Virus record (IMG/VR): IMGVR_UViG_3300045988_154277
Length of the DNA stretch: 64,000 bases
Direction: 5' to 3' (one strand)
Source of the DNA: a virus
The position numbers and the translations under genes were made by a program. Under the pieces are notes generated by a model. That model did no database searches, was not told the DNA's origin, and saw nothing but the letters and a program-made list of their open reading frames with translations. Of the stretch, positions 39,438-48,149 are shown in pieces (position 1 is the first letter of the stretch; each line of letters opens with the position of its first letter).

Positions 39438-41069
39438 TTGGAGTCGAATGAGTCCAACATATCAGCGTTGTACGTCCCATCCTTCATCACAGATGAGGAT
39501 GGGGTACAGTATCCTGTGAAATCTGTTGGTTTGAAAGCGTTCGCGGGTAATCCGAACCTTGTCAAAATCTATTTTGGAGAAGGTATCGAAGAGCTTCGTG
39601 AACAAGTATGTTACCACTGCTCTAACTTGGAGTCGGTATCACTTCCGTCTACACTACGTTATATGTGGAATGCGTTTCAAGAGTGTGGGAAGATAACTAC
39701 GTTGGAGTTACCAGCTAATCTGGAATACCTCGGATCAAGTTGGATATATTCGATGGTAGGACTTACTGGGGTGATCAACATCCCAGCTAAGGTAACTGAG
39801 ATCAATATAACAGCCATCTCGTCAGAGCATATAACCGGGTTTAATGTAGCAGCTGCTAATCCCAACTACAAATCCGTCGATGGGTGCTTGTTCACCAAAG
39901 ATGGAACAACGTTGTGTTTAGTACCGTCATCCGCTGATTGGGTGACTGAATATGTTACACCAGATGGTGTAACAACGATTTGGACAAGTGCATTTTCTAC
40001 CAACCGCAGTCTTGTCACATTGACACTTAGCGAAGGGGTTGTATCTGCACCAAGCGCAATCGGTAGCTGCACAAAGTTGATACAGTTGAATCTACCGTCT
40101 ACTCTAACAACCAACCCATTCCAATCCCTCGCCAATATGTACAGCTTATCTGCGATTACCGTATCGGAGAATAGTCAGACATTTGCGGCGGTGGATGGAG
40201 TGATGTTCACCAAAGATCTGAATACATTGATCAAGTATCCTCCTAAGAAAGAAGCAGCATATATCGTACCTTCTACTACCAAAATACTTGGTAGTGGTGC
40301 GTTCTCTTTAGGTAGGATGCAGTCTCTCACCTTGAATGAAGGATTACTTGCTATTTATTCAGATGCATTACGGTCTGTGATCAAAGTTCCAAGTGATAGT
40401 ACACTGAATGTGTTGCGTATTCCGAACACGGTCAACTCTATCGCCAACAACGGATTGTTTGAAGCGTTCTGGTCTGGCTTTGAAGTAGACAACACACATC
40501 CTTATTATTCCACGGATGGTTCTGTTCTTTATAACAAAAATAAGACTGCAGCTCTTGTGTATACCTGTGATACCTCCGCTCCTCACGATCGAGAAGTAAC
40601 ACTTCCATCTACCGTTGAGGAGATCGGTTTAGGTTTCTCACATAACAACAGTCCACTTGTGAAGTTAGATCTGAGTCGAACCAAAGTAACGGTTCTTCCG
40701 CAGTTCACTTGGTTCTCAACAGCGAACGACGGTAATGAACGAACTCTTTTGCTTCCAAACACGTTAACAAGGATCAATTATAACAGCATCCGAATCGTAA
40801 GTGCAAGAACTCTCACGATACCGGCTGGTGTAACTACCATTGAATCTGCTGCGATAGGGTTGGATAATGCAGAGGAGATCGTGTTCGAAGATCCAGGGCA
40901 AGCTGGATCTGATGGAGTTAAGGTGTTCAACCTGACAACCTTCAACAGCATCTTCTGGACTATATCTCCAAGGTGTGTTGTTCGTGGGTATAAAGGATCT
41001 GAAGACAACTTGTCTCCAGCTGAACAAATCGCCAAGCAGTATACATTGCTGTTTGAACCACTCGGTTAA
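39438..41069 (+). CDS. BspA-type leucine-rich-repeat surface-protein-like domain protein (543 aa), probable fibre/adhesin component
   Basis: Repeats of the form xxSVxxIGxxAFxxCxxLxxIxLPxxL throughout. No ATG: the track uses TTG at 39438, and the frame is open upstream back to 39315. Confidence 0.5.
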   Translation: MESNESNISALYVPSFITDEDGVQYPVKSVGLKAFAGNPNLVKIYFGEGIEELREQVCYHCSNLESVSLPSTLRYMWNAFQECGKITTLELPANLEYLGSSWIYSMVGLTGVINIPAKVTEINITAISSEHITGFNVAAANPNYKSVDGCLFTKDGTTLCLVPSSADWVTEYVTPDGVTTIWTSAFSTNRSLVTLTLSEGVVSAPSAIGSCTKLIQLNLPSTLTTNPFQSLANMYSLSAITVSENSQTFAAVDGVMFTKDLNTLIKYPPKKEAAYIVPSTTKILGSGAFSLGRMQSLTLNEGLLAIYSDALRSVIKVPSDSTLNVLRIPNTVNSIANNGLFEAFWSGFEVDNTHPYYSTDGSVLYNKNKTAALVYTCDTSAPHDREVTLPSTVEEIGLGFSHNNSPLVKLDLSRTKVTVLPQFTWFSTANDGNERTLLLPNTLTRINYNSIRIVSARTLTIPAGVTTIESAAIGLDNAEEIVFEDPGQAGSDGVKVFNLTTFNSIFWTISPRCVVRGYKGSEDNLSPAEQIAKQYTLLFEPLG

Positions 41070-41078
41070 CAACATGAT

Positions 41079-41111
41079 AACTTCTTGGGAGTATGTATCT
41101 CCCAAGAAGTT
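41079..41111. terminator. 13-bp stem hairpin
   Basis: AACTTCTTGGGAG tatgtat CTCCCAAGAAGTT. Confidence 0.5.
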
Positions 41112-41134
41112 CTATTAACAACAAGGATAACATT

Positions 41135-41482
41135 ATGTCTTACATCAAACATATGGGTAAGTTGGAACACGGAGGTGCTATCGGTGTCCCTGATTACCAA
41201 CAAGGGATCGTTATCCCTTGGGTAGATGGGTCCGGTTCTATGCAAGAGATAGGTGGTTCCAGTCGTAATATCCAGAAACAATACACGATACCTCAAGATG
41301 GATGGGTGATCGGACGACTTGGTGCAACTCACTACTCAGTCAACGGGATTTGGGTGAACCAAGGACAGGACAGCTACAACGGAGAAGGTTGTATCCCTGT
41401 GAAACAAGGCGACATCCTTGGTTGTGCAGCCAACTCACCATCAGATCATGTTTATTTCTACCCAGCTGTGGGGGGGGGGTAA
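41135..41482 (+). CDS. small fibre-locus paralog 1 (115 aa) ending in a G10 tract
   Basis: MSYIKHMGKLEHGG... ends PAVGGG-stop, with GGGGGGGGGG at 41470-41479 directly before the TAA. Confidence 0.55.
   Translation: MSYIKHMGKLEHGGAIGVPDYQQGIVIPWVDGSGSMQEIGGSSRNIQKQYTIPQDGWVIGRLGATHYSVNGIWVNQGQDSYNGEGCIPVKQGDILGCAANSPSDHVYFYPAVGGG
41470..41479 (+). repeat. G10 homopolymer tract at the 3' end of paralog 1
   Basis: Seen directly. Confidence 0.9.
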
Positions 41483-41512
41483 TTACCTTCTTGATGAGAG
41501 GAGGGCTGCCTA

Positions 41513-41902
41513 ATGTATACCAAATATATGGGAGCTCTCACTCCGAGTGTATGCGGTGCGCCTGATTACTCCAAGGCTGAGAACAGACCTTACACTACCA
41601 ACTCCAACGGCACTCGCGCATTCCATTACACAGAGTCACAATCGGGTTGGTTGTTCATCCAGTATGTGGCTGATGCGTTCGAAAGTAACCGTGCGAATCG
41701 ATTGATGATTGATGGAACTGCATTTGTGTTCAACGATACTAATGGAGCGAAGCATTACATCGATTATGTGTCGTATCAAGTTCCGATCGGTGCAGGAAGT
41801 ACTTGGGATTTCTCCTTCCAAGGGCAACGTGCTACAGTCACGTTCGTTCCATCGGGGGGGGGGTCGTTAGCTAACGACCTGATCTACGAGGAGGTGGCGT
41901 GA
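41513..41902 (+). CDS. small fibre-locus paralog 2 (129 aa) with a G10 tract 13 codons before its stop
   Basis: MYTKYMGALTPSV...VPSGGGSLANDLIYEEVA; GAGAGGAGGG RBS; G10 at 41854-41863. Confidence 0.55.
   Translation: MYTKYMGALTPSVCGAPDYSKAENRPYTTNSNGTRAFHYTESQSGWLFIQYVADAFESNRANRLMIDGTAFVFNDTNGAKHYIDYVSYQVPIGAGSTWDFSFQGQRATVTFVPSGGGSLANDLIYEEVA
41854..41863 (+). repeat. G10 homopolymer tract near the 3' end of paralog 2
   Basis: Seen directly. Confidence 0.9.
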
Positions 41903-42234
41903 TGGCTTACGTAAAACACATGGGGATCTTATCCCACGTTTATGCCGATATGGAGATCGACTACGCCAATGCTGTCACGCTTACCAGTAGCGAAACATAC
42001 ATCGCACCCAATGCAGGTGTATACTACGCGAAAGGTCACTCCACGAACAGTGGATCAGCGTCGATCATCGTCAGGGCTGTGAAAGGTGATGTACCGGCTA
42101 TCACCAACCAAGCTATCGTAACAGAAGGTAGCTACGACTTACACGCTAGTGTGGTGGTCGGCAAAGGTGACAGTTGTTCGATGATCGCAACCAGATGCAA
42201 CAATCTCGTGATACGGTTCTATCCATTCAAGTAA
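41902..42234 (+). CDS. small fibre-locus paralog 3 (110 aa)
   Basis: MAYVKHMGILSHV...; start overlaps the stop of paralog 2. Confidence 0.5.
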   Translation: MAYVKHMGILSHVYADMEIDYANAVTLTSSETYIAPNAGVYYAKGHSTNSGSASIIVRAVKGDVPAITNQAIVTEGSYDLHASVVVGKGDSCSMIATRCNNLVIRFYPFK

Positions 42235-42240
42235 TAGATC

Positions 42241-42277
42241 GTAGGATGTAGGTGGGATATCCCACCTACATCCTACC
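42241..42277. terminator. 17-bp stem / 3-nt loop hairpin
   Basis: GTAGGATGTAGGTGGGA tat CCCACCTACATCCTAC. Confidence 0.55.
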
Positions 42278-42282
42278 TTACG

Positions 42283-42870
42283 CTACTTATTGCGTTTGTT
42301 TGTAGTAGTGGTCGTGGTACTCGAGTGATCGTCTACCCGCTGTATCTGATACCACTCTTGTTTCTGTTCACGAGATCCGATCAGCTCCTTTAAGTTGAGA
42401 GTGAGCGTGAACAGGTATCCAATGATGATACCGATACCGCCGATAACTGCAAAGAACGCATACACCCAGATCGACACATGTTCCAAGTGTTTGATACGTT
42501 TCTCAAACCCAGCATGTACATCAGCAGAACTGTTGTTCAGTTCCAATATGTGCCTGATGTTGTTATTGATCTCGGTGATATCTTTTTGCAAACCACTGAT
42601 GTCTTCCTTCTGAGCATTTTGTCGTTGCTCAAAATCACGACGGCGTTCTTGCTCCCCACTGAGAATCGTACCGATCTTAGTCAATTCATTTTTCAACTCA
42701 TTATCCCTCTTTGTTTGATCTAATTGAGAGGTAGTGAGCATCTCAACCATCGTAGTTAAGCGTCCTTCGATCCTCTGGTTTTCCTCTTTTCTAGATTGTA
42801 GAGATGCTTTGATCTCTCCGATCTGCTGCTGTTGAATACAGACAGCCTGATGTGTCGTTTCCTCAGCCAC
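42283..42870 (-). CDS. coiled-coil protein with C-terminal transmembrane helix (195 aa)
   Basis: Gln/Glu/Lys-rich helical body, then VSIWVYAFFAVIGGIGIIIGYLFTL, then a TTTTT tail. Confidence 0.5.
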   Translation of the reverse strand: MAEETTHQAVCIQQQQIGEIKASLQSRKEENQRIEGRLTTMVEMLTTSQLDQTKRDNELKNELTKIGTILSGEQERRRDFEQRQNAQKEDISGLQKDITEINNNIRHILELNNSSADVHAGFEKRIKHLEHVSIWVYAFFAVIGGIGIIIGYLFTLTLNLKELIGSREQKQEWYQIQRVDDHSSTTTTTTNKRNK

Positions 42871-42884
42871 AACGCACCTCCTTC

Positions 42885-44537
42885 CTAGTGTATCGTAGAC
42901 CAGACTTTGCCGATCGCACCGATGTGATTGTGCTCCACAGCCATCTGACGGGTTGTGGTCGTACCGTAGATGTCGAAACTGACACCCATGTATTTCACAA
43001 TGTTGATCATATCGGTAACCAACGCTTTATCGATCTCCTGATCCTCGGTCAGGTACGAAGTGATATCAGCCAATACCGTGTCGATATCATCCACCATCTT
43101 GACAAGGCTATTCGTCGCTGCCAGATATTTCTCCATATCCAGAAGAGAGAGTCTGACATCTTTAAACTCCTTCATCGTCTTGTAAACGGACATGAACTTC
43201 ACATCCATCGGAGTTTTTTGTTCTGTGAAGACTTTATCCACAGAGCCTTTCAGAGAGTTCAAACTGGTCTCTCTCTGTTTGACAAGGTTCACCATGGGAA
43301 CCAGAGTGCTCTTATAATCTTCACTCCGCATCAACTTCCTTCTGAAATCGATCAGAGCAGCCAGAACACCCTGTCCATACGCCTGGATATCCAGCACTGT
43401 ATAGACTTGTTCCAGACTCATACAAGCGTTCTGGTAGGTACCTTTCATACCGCTTGGGATGGGGATATCTAGGTTCGTTACCTGAGTGATCGGAATGCTC
43501 TCGGCTTTCAGACACATCGTCGTATGCGATTCGTAGTAATACCGCATCTCAGAACGCTTCAGGTCTTTGTAGAATTTGAAGATATTGGTCTTGAATGTAT
43601 TGCCGATCTTGAGGAACACATCGGTCACACCGATGAAGATCTTCAGAAGACCGGTTCCGATCCCTTCGGTAGATGTGGTATCCAGAGTACGGAGGTAATT
43701 GTGATAGACTTCCAGCTTACGAAGGTCCTGATAAAGAGCATCACTGTTCCAAGGAATGAACGGATACTTGGATGCACAGACACGGAGGATCTCTTCTGAT
43801 TTCTCGGACTTATCATCCTTGTCATCTTCTTCATCTTCAGGATCCTCTTCCTCAGAGTCATCTTTATCTTTGTCTTTCTTGGACTTAGACTTCTTGTCTG
43901 ACTTATCATCTTCGTCGTCAGACTCTTCATCATCGTCCTCTTTGTCCTCATCGGAATCTGTATCATCATCTTCGTCAGAATCATCCTTATCATCAGAATC
44001 ATCATCATCGTCTTCTGACTCATCCTCCGGGTCAGGCTCTTCGTCTTCTTCATCCTCAGAGTCCTCATCCTTCTTGGATTTGGCGTTGCGGTAGATATAT
44101 CGTTCTTCAGACTTCTCTTCTTCGTCTTCCGGCTCATCGTCAGAAGTGTCTTCACCACCAACAAGATCCCATACTTTATCGACGAACGCTTTGATTTCAC
44201 GACCATCCTTCTTGATCCAGTCGTATTCAACATCGATCTTGATATCAGTATCGTACTTGTCTTTCAGTTCCTTCTCGATCTTCTTGAGAACATCAGACCA
44301 GTCGTCTTTTGTAAGGCTTTCCAGAGTGGAGAAATTGTGTTCTTCCTTTACAAAATCAGGACCATCGGAATAGTCGTTCAATAGTTTACAGATCATCCGA
44401 GAGATGACGTAACGGTTGAGCTCTTTGTCATCCTCTTCCTTCTCATCGGAACTCTCTTTCTCATTCCGAAGGTGCGTTGGTCGGATCGGTCGAAGACCTT
44501 CCGTCCCTAACGCAGACAAGCTAAACTTGGAAATCAT
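42885..44537 (-). CDS. protein with an approximately 130-aa Asp/Glu-rich low-complexity region (550 aa)
   Basis: DSEDEEDEEPDPEDESEDDDDDSDDKDDSDEDDDTDSDEDKEDDDEESDDEDDK... Confidence 0.55.
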   Translation of the reverse strand: MISKFSLSALGTEGLRPIRPTHLRNEKESSDEKEEDDKELNRYVISRMICKLLNDYSDGPDFVKEEHNFSTLESLTKDDWSDVLKKIEKELKDKYDTDIKIDVEYDWIKKDGREIKAFVDKVWDLVGGEDTSDDEPEDEEEKSEERYIYRNAKSKKDEDSEDEEDEEPDPEDESEDDDDDSDDKDDSDEDDDTDSDEDKEDDDEESDDEDDKSDKKSKSKKDKDKDDSEEEDPEDEEDDKDDKSEKSEEILRVCASKYPFIPWNSDALYQDLRKLEVYHNYLRTLDTTSTEGIGTGLLKIFIGVTDVFLKIGNTFKTNIFKFYKDLKRSEMRYYYESHTTMCLKAESIPITQVTNLDIPIPSGMKGTYQNACMSLEQVYTVLDIQAYGQGVLAALIDFRRKLMRSEDYKSTLVPMVNLVKQRETSLNSLKGSVDKVFTEQKTPMDVKFMSVYKTMKEFKDVRLSLLDMEKYLAATNSLVKMVDDIDTVLADITSYLTEDQEIDKALVTDMINIVKYMGVSFDIYGTTTTRQMAVEHNHIGAIGKVWSTIH

Positions 44538-44594
44538 AGTTGTATTCCTTTTGTTATGTTGTTTCTATTCGAGTCATACGATGGCTCAAGATAC

Positions 44595-44635
44595 GATCTA
44601 TAGGTAGGGTAGTTACACTACCCTACCTATAGATC
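44595..44635. terminator. 18-bp stem hairpin
   Basis: GATCTATAGGTAGGGTAG ttaca CTACCCTACCTATAGATC. Confidence 0.55.
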
Positions 44636-44640
44636 ACGTG

Positions 44641-46323
44641 TTAAGCGAATGGATCGTACGTGTCTTCCTCTGCAGGAGGTTGTTCTGCTTCTACAACCGT
44701 TGGTTCTTTCGGTTCCTCTTCTTTGGGGAGAGGTTCCTGAGGAACAGGTTGTTCTGATTGAGGTTCCGTTACATTCTGGAAAAGCGCCAACCCTCCAGCA
44801 TCCGTCACCTCATTGTTGTTGTCGCTGTAGATATCGGGCACACTAGTGTCCTTATCCAAGTAGATATCATCCATGATACCTAGAACAGGACCCATGAACC
44901 GATACGCACAGTACCGATCCTCCTTCGGCGGCGGCGGCTCATCACGGTGTTTACTCCAACATAACGTCAAATAAGGCACTTCGTTCATGTTCCTTTCGAT
45001 ATACATGAAGATCAATCCAGTCAACTCCCTTCGGAATCCTTTACAGTCACCGAGATGGATCGCACCGTAGGATTTGACAACGTTGGCTTGACCACTTGCG
45101 TTTAACTCCTCAGCACGACTATCCAACTGAAGACCATGCAGCATCAGACAGTTGTTCCTCTGTCCGTAGTTGTACATCTTCTGCATCAACTTCTGAAGAC
45201 GTTTGGCTGGATTGTCACTATCCTCATCTACTCTCATCAGTGTGATGTAGTCGATGACCGTTGCAACAACCTCGTAGCCTTTCCTTTTCAGTTCTTCCAT
45301 CTCTTTCACGAAGTCTGAGTAACCGAAGTTCTCATCCTTACGCATCATGATGAACTTGATCCCGTTGCTGTTGAAATACCGAGCAACTTGCTCAGCCATC
45401 TCGCGCATCGGCATGTCTTTGGGAGGCTCTGCTCTCATCGCATTAACATAAGCCGACACCACCATACTGTTGGCGTTCTCAGGAACTTCGTTCTCCAAGG
45501 AGATCAATACCACACATGGGATCATACCAGGTTGTACATCTACTTTCCCGTAGACCGTACACCATCTGGCACAGTTCATCAACATCTGAGATTTATAGTT
45601 GTGAGAGGATGCTGCGAATGCCCACGACTCTCCTCTCTTGAATCCTCTGTCTTCTCCCAACATCCGGTTCAATGCCTTCAACCCAGTTGGGAATACATTG
45701 GATTTCCTCTTGTTCCTGTAGTTATCCAGAGACTTCATCAGAGCATTCGCATCTGTCATATCGACGTTGTCGATCGTCTCTGACATCCCGAATCCACCCT
45801 CTGCTGACTTCACCAGATCTCTTGCATATTCCGCCACATCATTCAAGATGATGTCGTTTGTCATGTCATCCGTTGGGTTGAATTGACTTCCACGGATCTG
45901 CATCTTCTGGATGATTCCCATGGACTTCGCCATCGCAACCCAGTTGCTCATCCTGTGAAGCAACCGAGTGACGCGCCGATCACTGATCTCTTCACTGTTT
46001 AGAAGAAGACTGCTTAACTGCTCCACGATCACGGGATCTTTCTGAGCCAGATCACTCTTCTTCAGTTTCACCACGATACGATTGATCTCTGCTTTCTTGC
46101 TGAGATCCGCATCTCTGGTGACGATATCCTGGATGATCTCGAAGAACACATCCAGATCTTTGTTCAGGATCTCTGGCTTCTTCTTCTTCGTAGCCATGTA
46201 GATATCCAAGATCGAGCCCAATGTCTCCTTGGAGTTGTCTGATTTAGAAAATGCTGCCAGACATACAGCATCCAACATGAAATCCGTATTAATCGCTATC
46301 ACGAGTTCACCTACCTCTTCCAA
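44641..46323 (-). CDS. DnaB-family replicative helicase-like protein (560 aa) with degenerate Walker A
   Basis: TGLKALNRMLGEDRGFKRGESWAFAASSHNYKSQ versus DnaB TGFTELD...IIVAARPSMGKT; VVLISLENE versus LIFSLEMP; VIDYITLMRVDEDSDNPAKRLQKL versus MIDYLQLMRVPALSDNRTLEI. Confidence 0.5.
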   Translation of the reverse strand: MEEVGELVIAINTDFMLDAVCLAAFSKSDNSKETLGSILDIYMATKKKKPEILNKDLDVFFEIIQDIVTRDADLSKKAEINRIVVKLKKSDLAQKDPVIVEQLSSLLLNSEEISDRRVTRLLHRMSNWVAMAKSMGIIQKMQIRGSQFNPTDDMTNDIILNDVAEYARDLVKSAEGGFGMSETIDNVDMTDANALMKSLDNYRNKRKSNVFPTGLKALNRMLGEDRGFKRGESWAFAASSHNYKSQMLMNCARWCTVYGKVDVQPGMIPCVVLISLENEVPENANSMVVSAYVNAMRAEPPKDMPMREMAEQVARYFNSNGIKFIMMRKDENFGYSDFVKEMEELKRKGYEVVATVIDYITLMRVDEDSDNPAKRLQKLMQKMYNYGQRNNCLMLHGLQLDSRAEELNASGQANVVKSYGAIHLGDCKGFRRELTGLIFMYIERNMNEVPYLTLCWSKHRDEPPPPKEDRYCAYRFMGPVLGIMDDIYLDKDTSVPDIYSDNNNEVTDAGGLALFQNVTEPQSEQPVPQEPLPKEEEPKEPTVVEAEQPPAEEDTYDPFA

Positions 46324-46374
46324 AGCTCATGCTATGCTTAAATGTCAACCCCTTACTATAGAGGTATCCAAATC

Positions 46375-48147
46375 ATGCAATCTTTTATCAAGTTCATCGC
46401 GGATGTCACCATCCCTTATAATCCGGACTGGTTGGCAGATCCGGACAAGATGTTCCGTTCGCTTAGCACAGAAGGTAAAGTATACTTCCTGATGCAACAA
46501 GCGATCGCCCTCAACTACCTTGAGCGAGTATACGATAAGGGTCTTCCGACACTTATTAAAGAGTATAAAGAGAAGGTCACCAAATGGTGGCTGGTTGACC
46601 TCGAATATGAGGTCAATGCTCTTGAGACAGACGATCCTTCTCTGGAGAAGGAAGGGTATCTCAATATCCTGGCTCTTCTCGATGATGACCGTAGCAACCA
46701 GATCGATGCGGAACGCTGTTCCGATTGGGCATCTCATCAACGAGAAGATGCTCCTGTTGCTATGAAAAATACATTCTATAGTCCATACTTGCGTTTCGCT
46801 GAACGAGCCCGCAGGTCGGAGACGTTGGCAGACGGTGAACATGCCCAGAGCACAGAGTCATTCAGTGTCCCTGGTCCAGTCACTCTTCCGACGTTCACCT
46901 ACCAGGGAGCGATCCTCAGCGTGCGTCACGATTTGAGTTATTCCGGTTATAAGTACGATTACACATCCAATCACAAATACGGGACATCCCAGTATGGATT
47001 GGGTGTTGGGTCCATCTTCTCCTACTGGAGAGGATATAACTGGACTGACTTCAAATTTAATAGTGTGGTGGGAGTGCTCGCTGCACAGTGTTTGGATTTG
47101 GATACAAACACCTTCCCAAACAACTCGCTCCTTTGGGCTTACTACTTCGTTTACTGCAAAGTGACCGGATGGCAACCGAAAGGTGCAAGTGAATCGAATT
47201 ACATTTGGCTCTCGTCTGAATCGAACTTTCTCAGACGCTGTGTGCTCAGCTTCTTGATCGATCTTCGTGATCGATACAAGGTCCAGTTTGACGATAGTGA
47301 GCTTCTGGCTCGCTTGATGCAAGGGGATACGGCTGAGGATGCAGATCAACTACACGCATTTCTGAAGGCATCCGAGCCGACAGAAGTAAGTGTCGAGATG
47401 TATCACGCTTTTCAGAAGAGTCCCTTCGCTCGTTTCGACGAGCTCGACTTGATCAAACATAAGAGGTTGTCTAGTCGTGAGTTGATGGATGCTACCATCG
47501 ATGCGAGGAACTCGGAAACGGACCCATCCGACACCCAGCAGGATGATGATTCAACATCGGGTAGATCCCGTCGTCGCAGAACCAGTAGACCCTCCAGTGA
47601 ACCGAATCTGTCGGACAGCAGCTTCGATCAACTGGATGAAGAGACTGGGATGACGGAAGATCCGGCACAGCCTGATGGTGAAGACGAAGAAGCTGCGGCC
47701 ACTGAAGATCCCAACACTGATGAGTTGTCGGACAACAACTTCGATGAGTTGGATCAGAACATGGACCCGGAAGCTGACGCTACTACTCCTGACGAAGAGC
47801 CGACCGACCCTGAAGGGAACCCTGAGGGCACAGAAGATACAACACACAACACACAACACACACAAGTACCTGATATGCCCGATATGGATGACAAGAAGGG
47901 CGTGAAGCTCGAACTGAGTGCGGGTGAGACCGCAAATTCGGTTCTTTACAGGATAGAGTTGGAGTCGTTCATTGATTCACTCCTAGCGAACTCTCCCAAT
48001 TTCTTGTCAGCACAGAAGGTTGAGCTGTTGAAACGTGTCAAAGCGTACTGGCTCAATCGTCTTTCACCTGAAAGCTTGGTGAACTTGCTGAACTCCATCA
48101 TCAAGTTACCCAAGTATCTTAACATCAACAAGAATAAGGACAAATAA
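46375..48147 (+). CDS. hypothetical protein immediately upstream of the capsid-candidate gene (590 aa; acidic, probably disordered C-terminal half)
   Basis: ORF track starts at 46342; ATG at 46375 has a GAGGT RBS. Contains an AACACAC x3 heptamer repeat at 47841-47861. Confidence 0.5.
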   Translation: MQSFIKFIADVTIPYNPDWLADPDKMFRSLSTEGKVYFLMQQAIALNYLERVYDKGLPTLIKEYKEKVTKWWLVDLEYEVNALETDDPSLEKEGYLNILALLDDDRSNQIDAERCSDWASHQREDAPVAMKNTFYSPYLRFAERARRSETLADGEHAQSTESFSVPGPVTLPTFTYQGAILSVRHDLSYSGYKYDYTSNHKYGTSQYGLGVGSIFSYWRGYNWTDFKFNSVVGVLAAQCLDLDTNTFPNNSLLWAYYFVYCKVTGWQPKGASESNYIWLSSESNFLRRCVLSFLIDLRDRYKVQFDDSELLARLMQGDTAEDADQLHAFLKASEPTEVSVEMYHAFQKSPFARFDELDLIKHKRLSSRELMDATIDARNSETDPSDTQQDDDSTSGRSRRRRTSRPSSEPNLSDSSFDQLDEETGMTEDPAQPDGEDEEAAATEDPNTDELSDNNFDELDQNMDPEADATTPDEEPTDPEGNPEGTEDTTHNTQHTQVPDMPDMDDKKGVKLELSAGETANSVLYRIELESFIDSLLANSPNFLSAQKVELLKRVKAYWLNRLSPESLVNLLNSIIKLPKYLNINKNKDK

Positions 48148-48149
48148 CA

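Noticed and set aside
46342-46374. ATG at 46342 as the start of the 601-aa ORF
   Set aside because: No RBS. The ATG at 46375 has GAGGT at the proper spacing.
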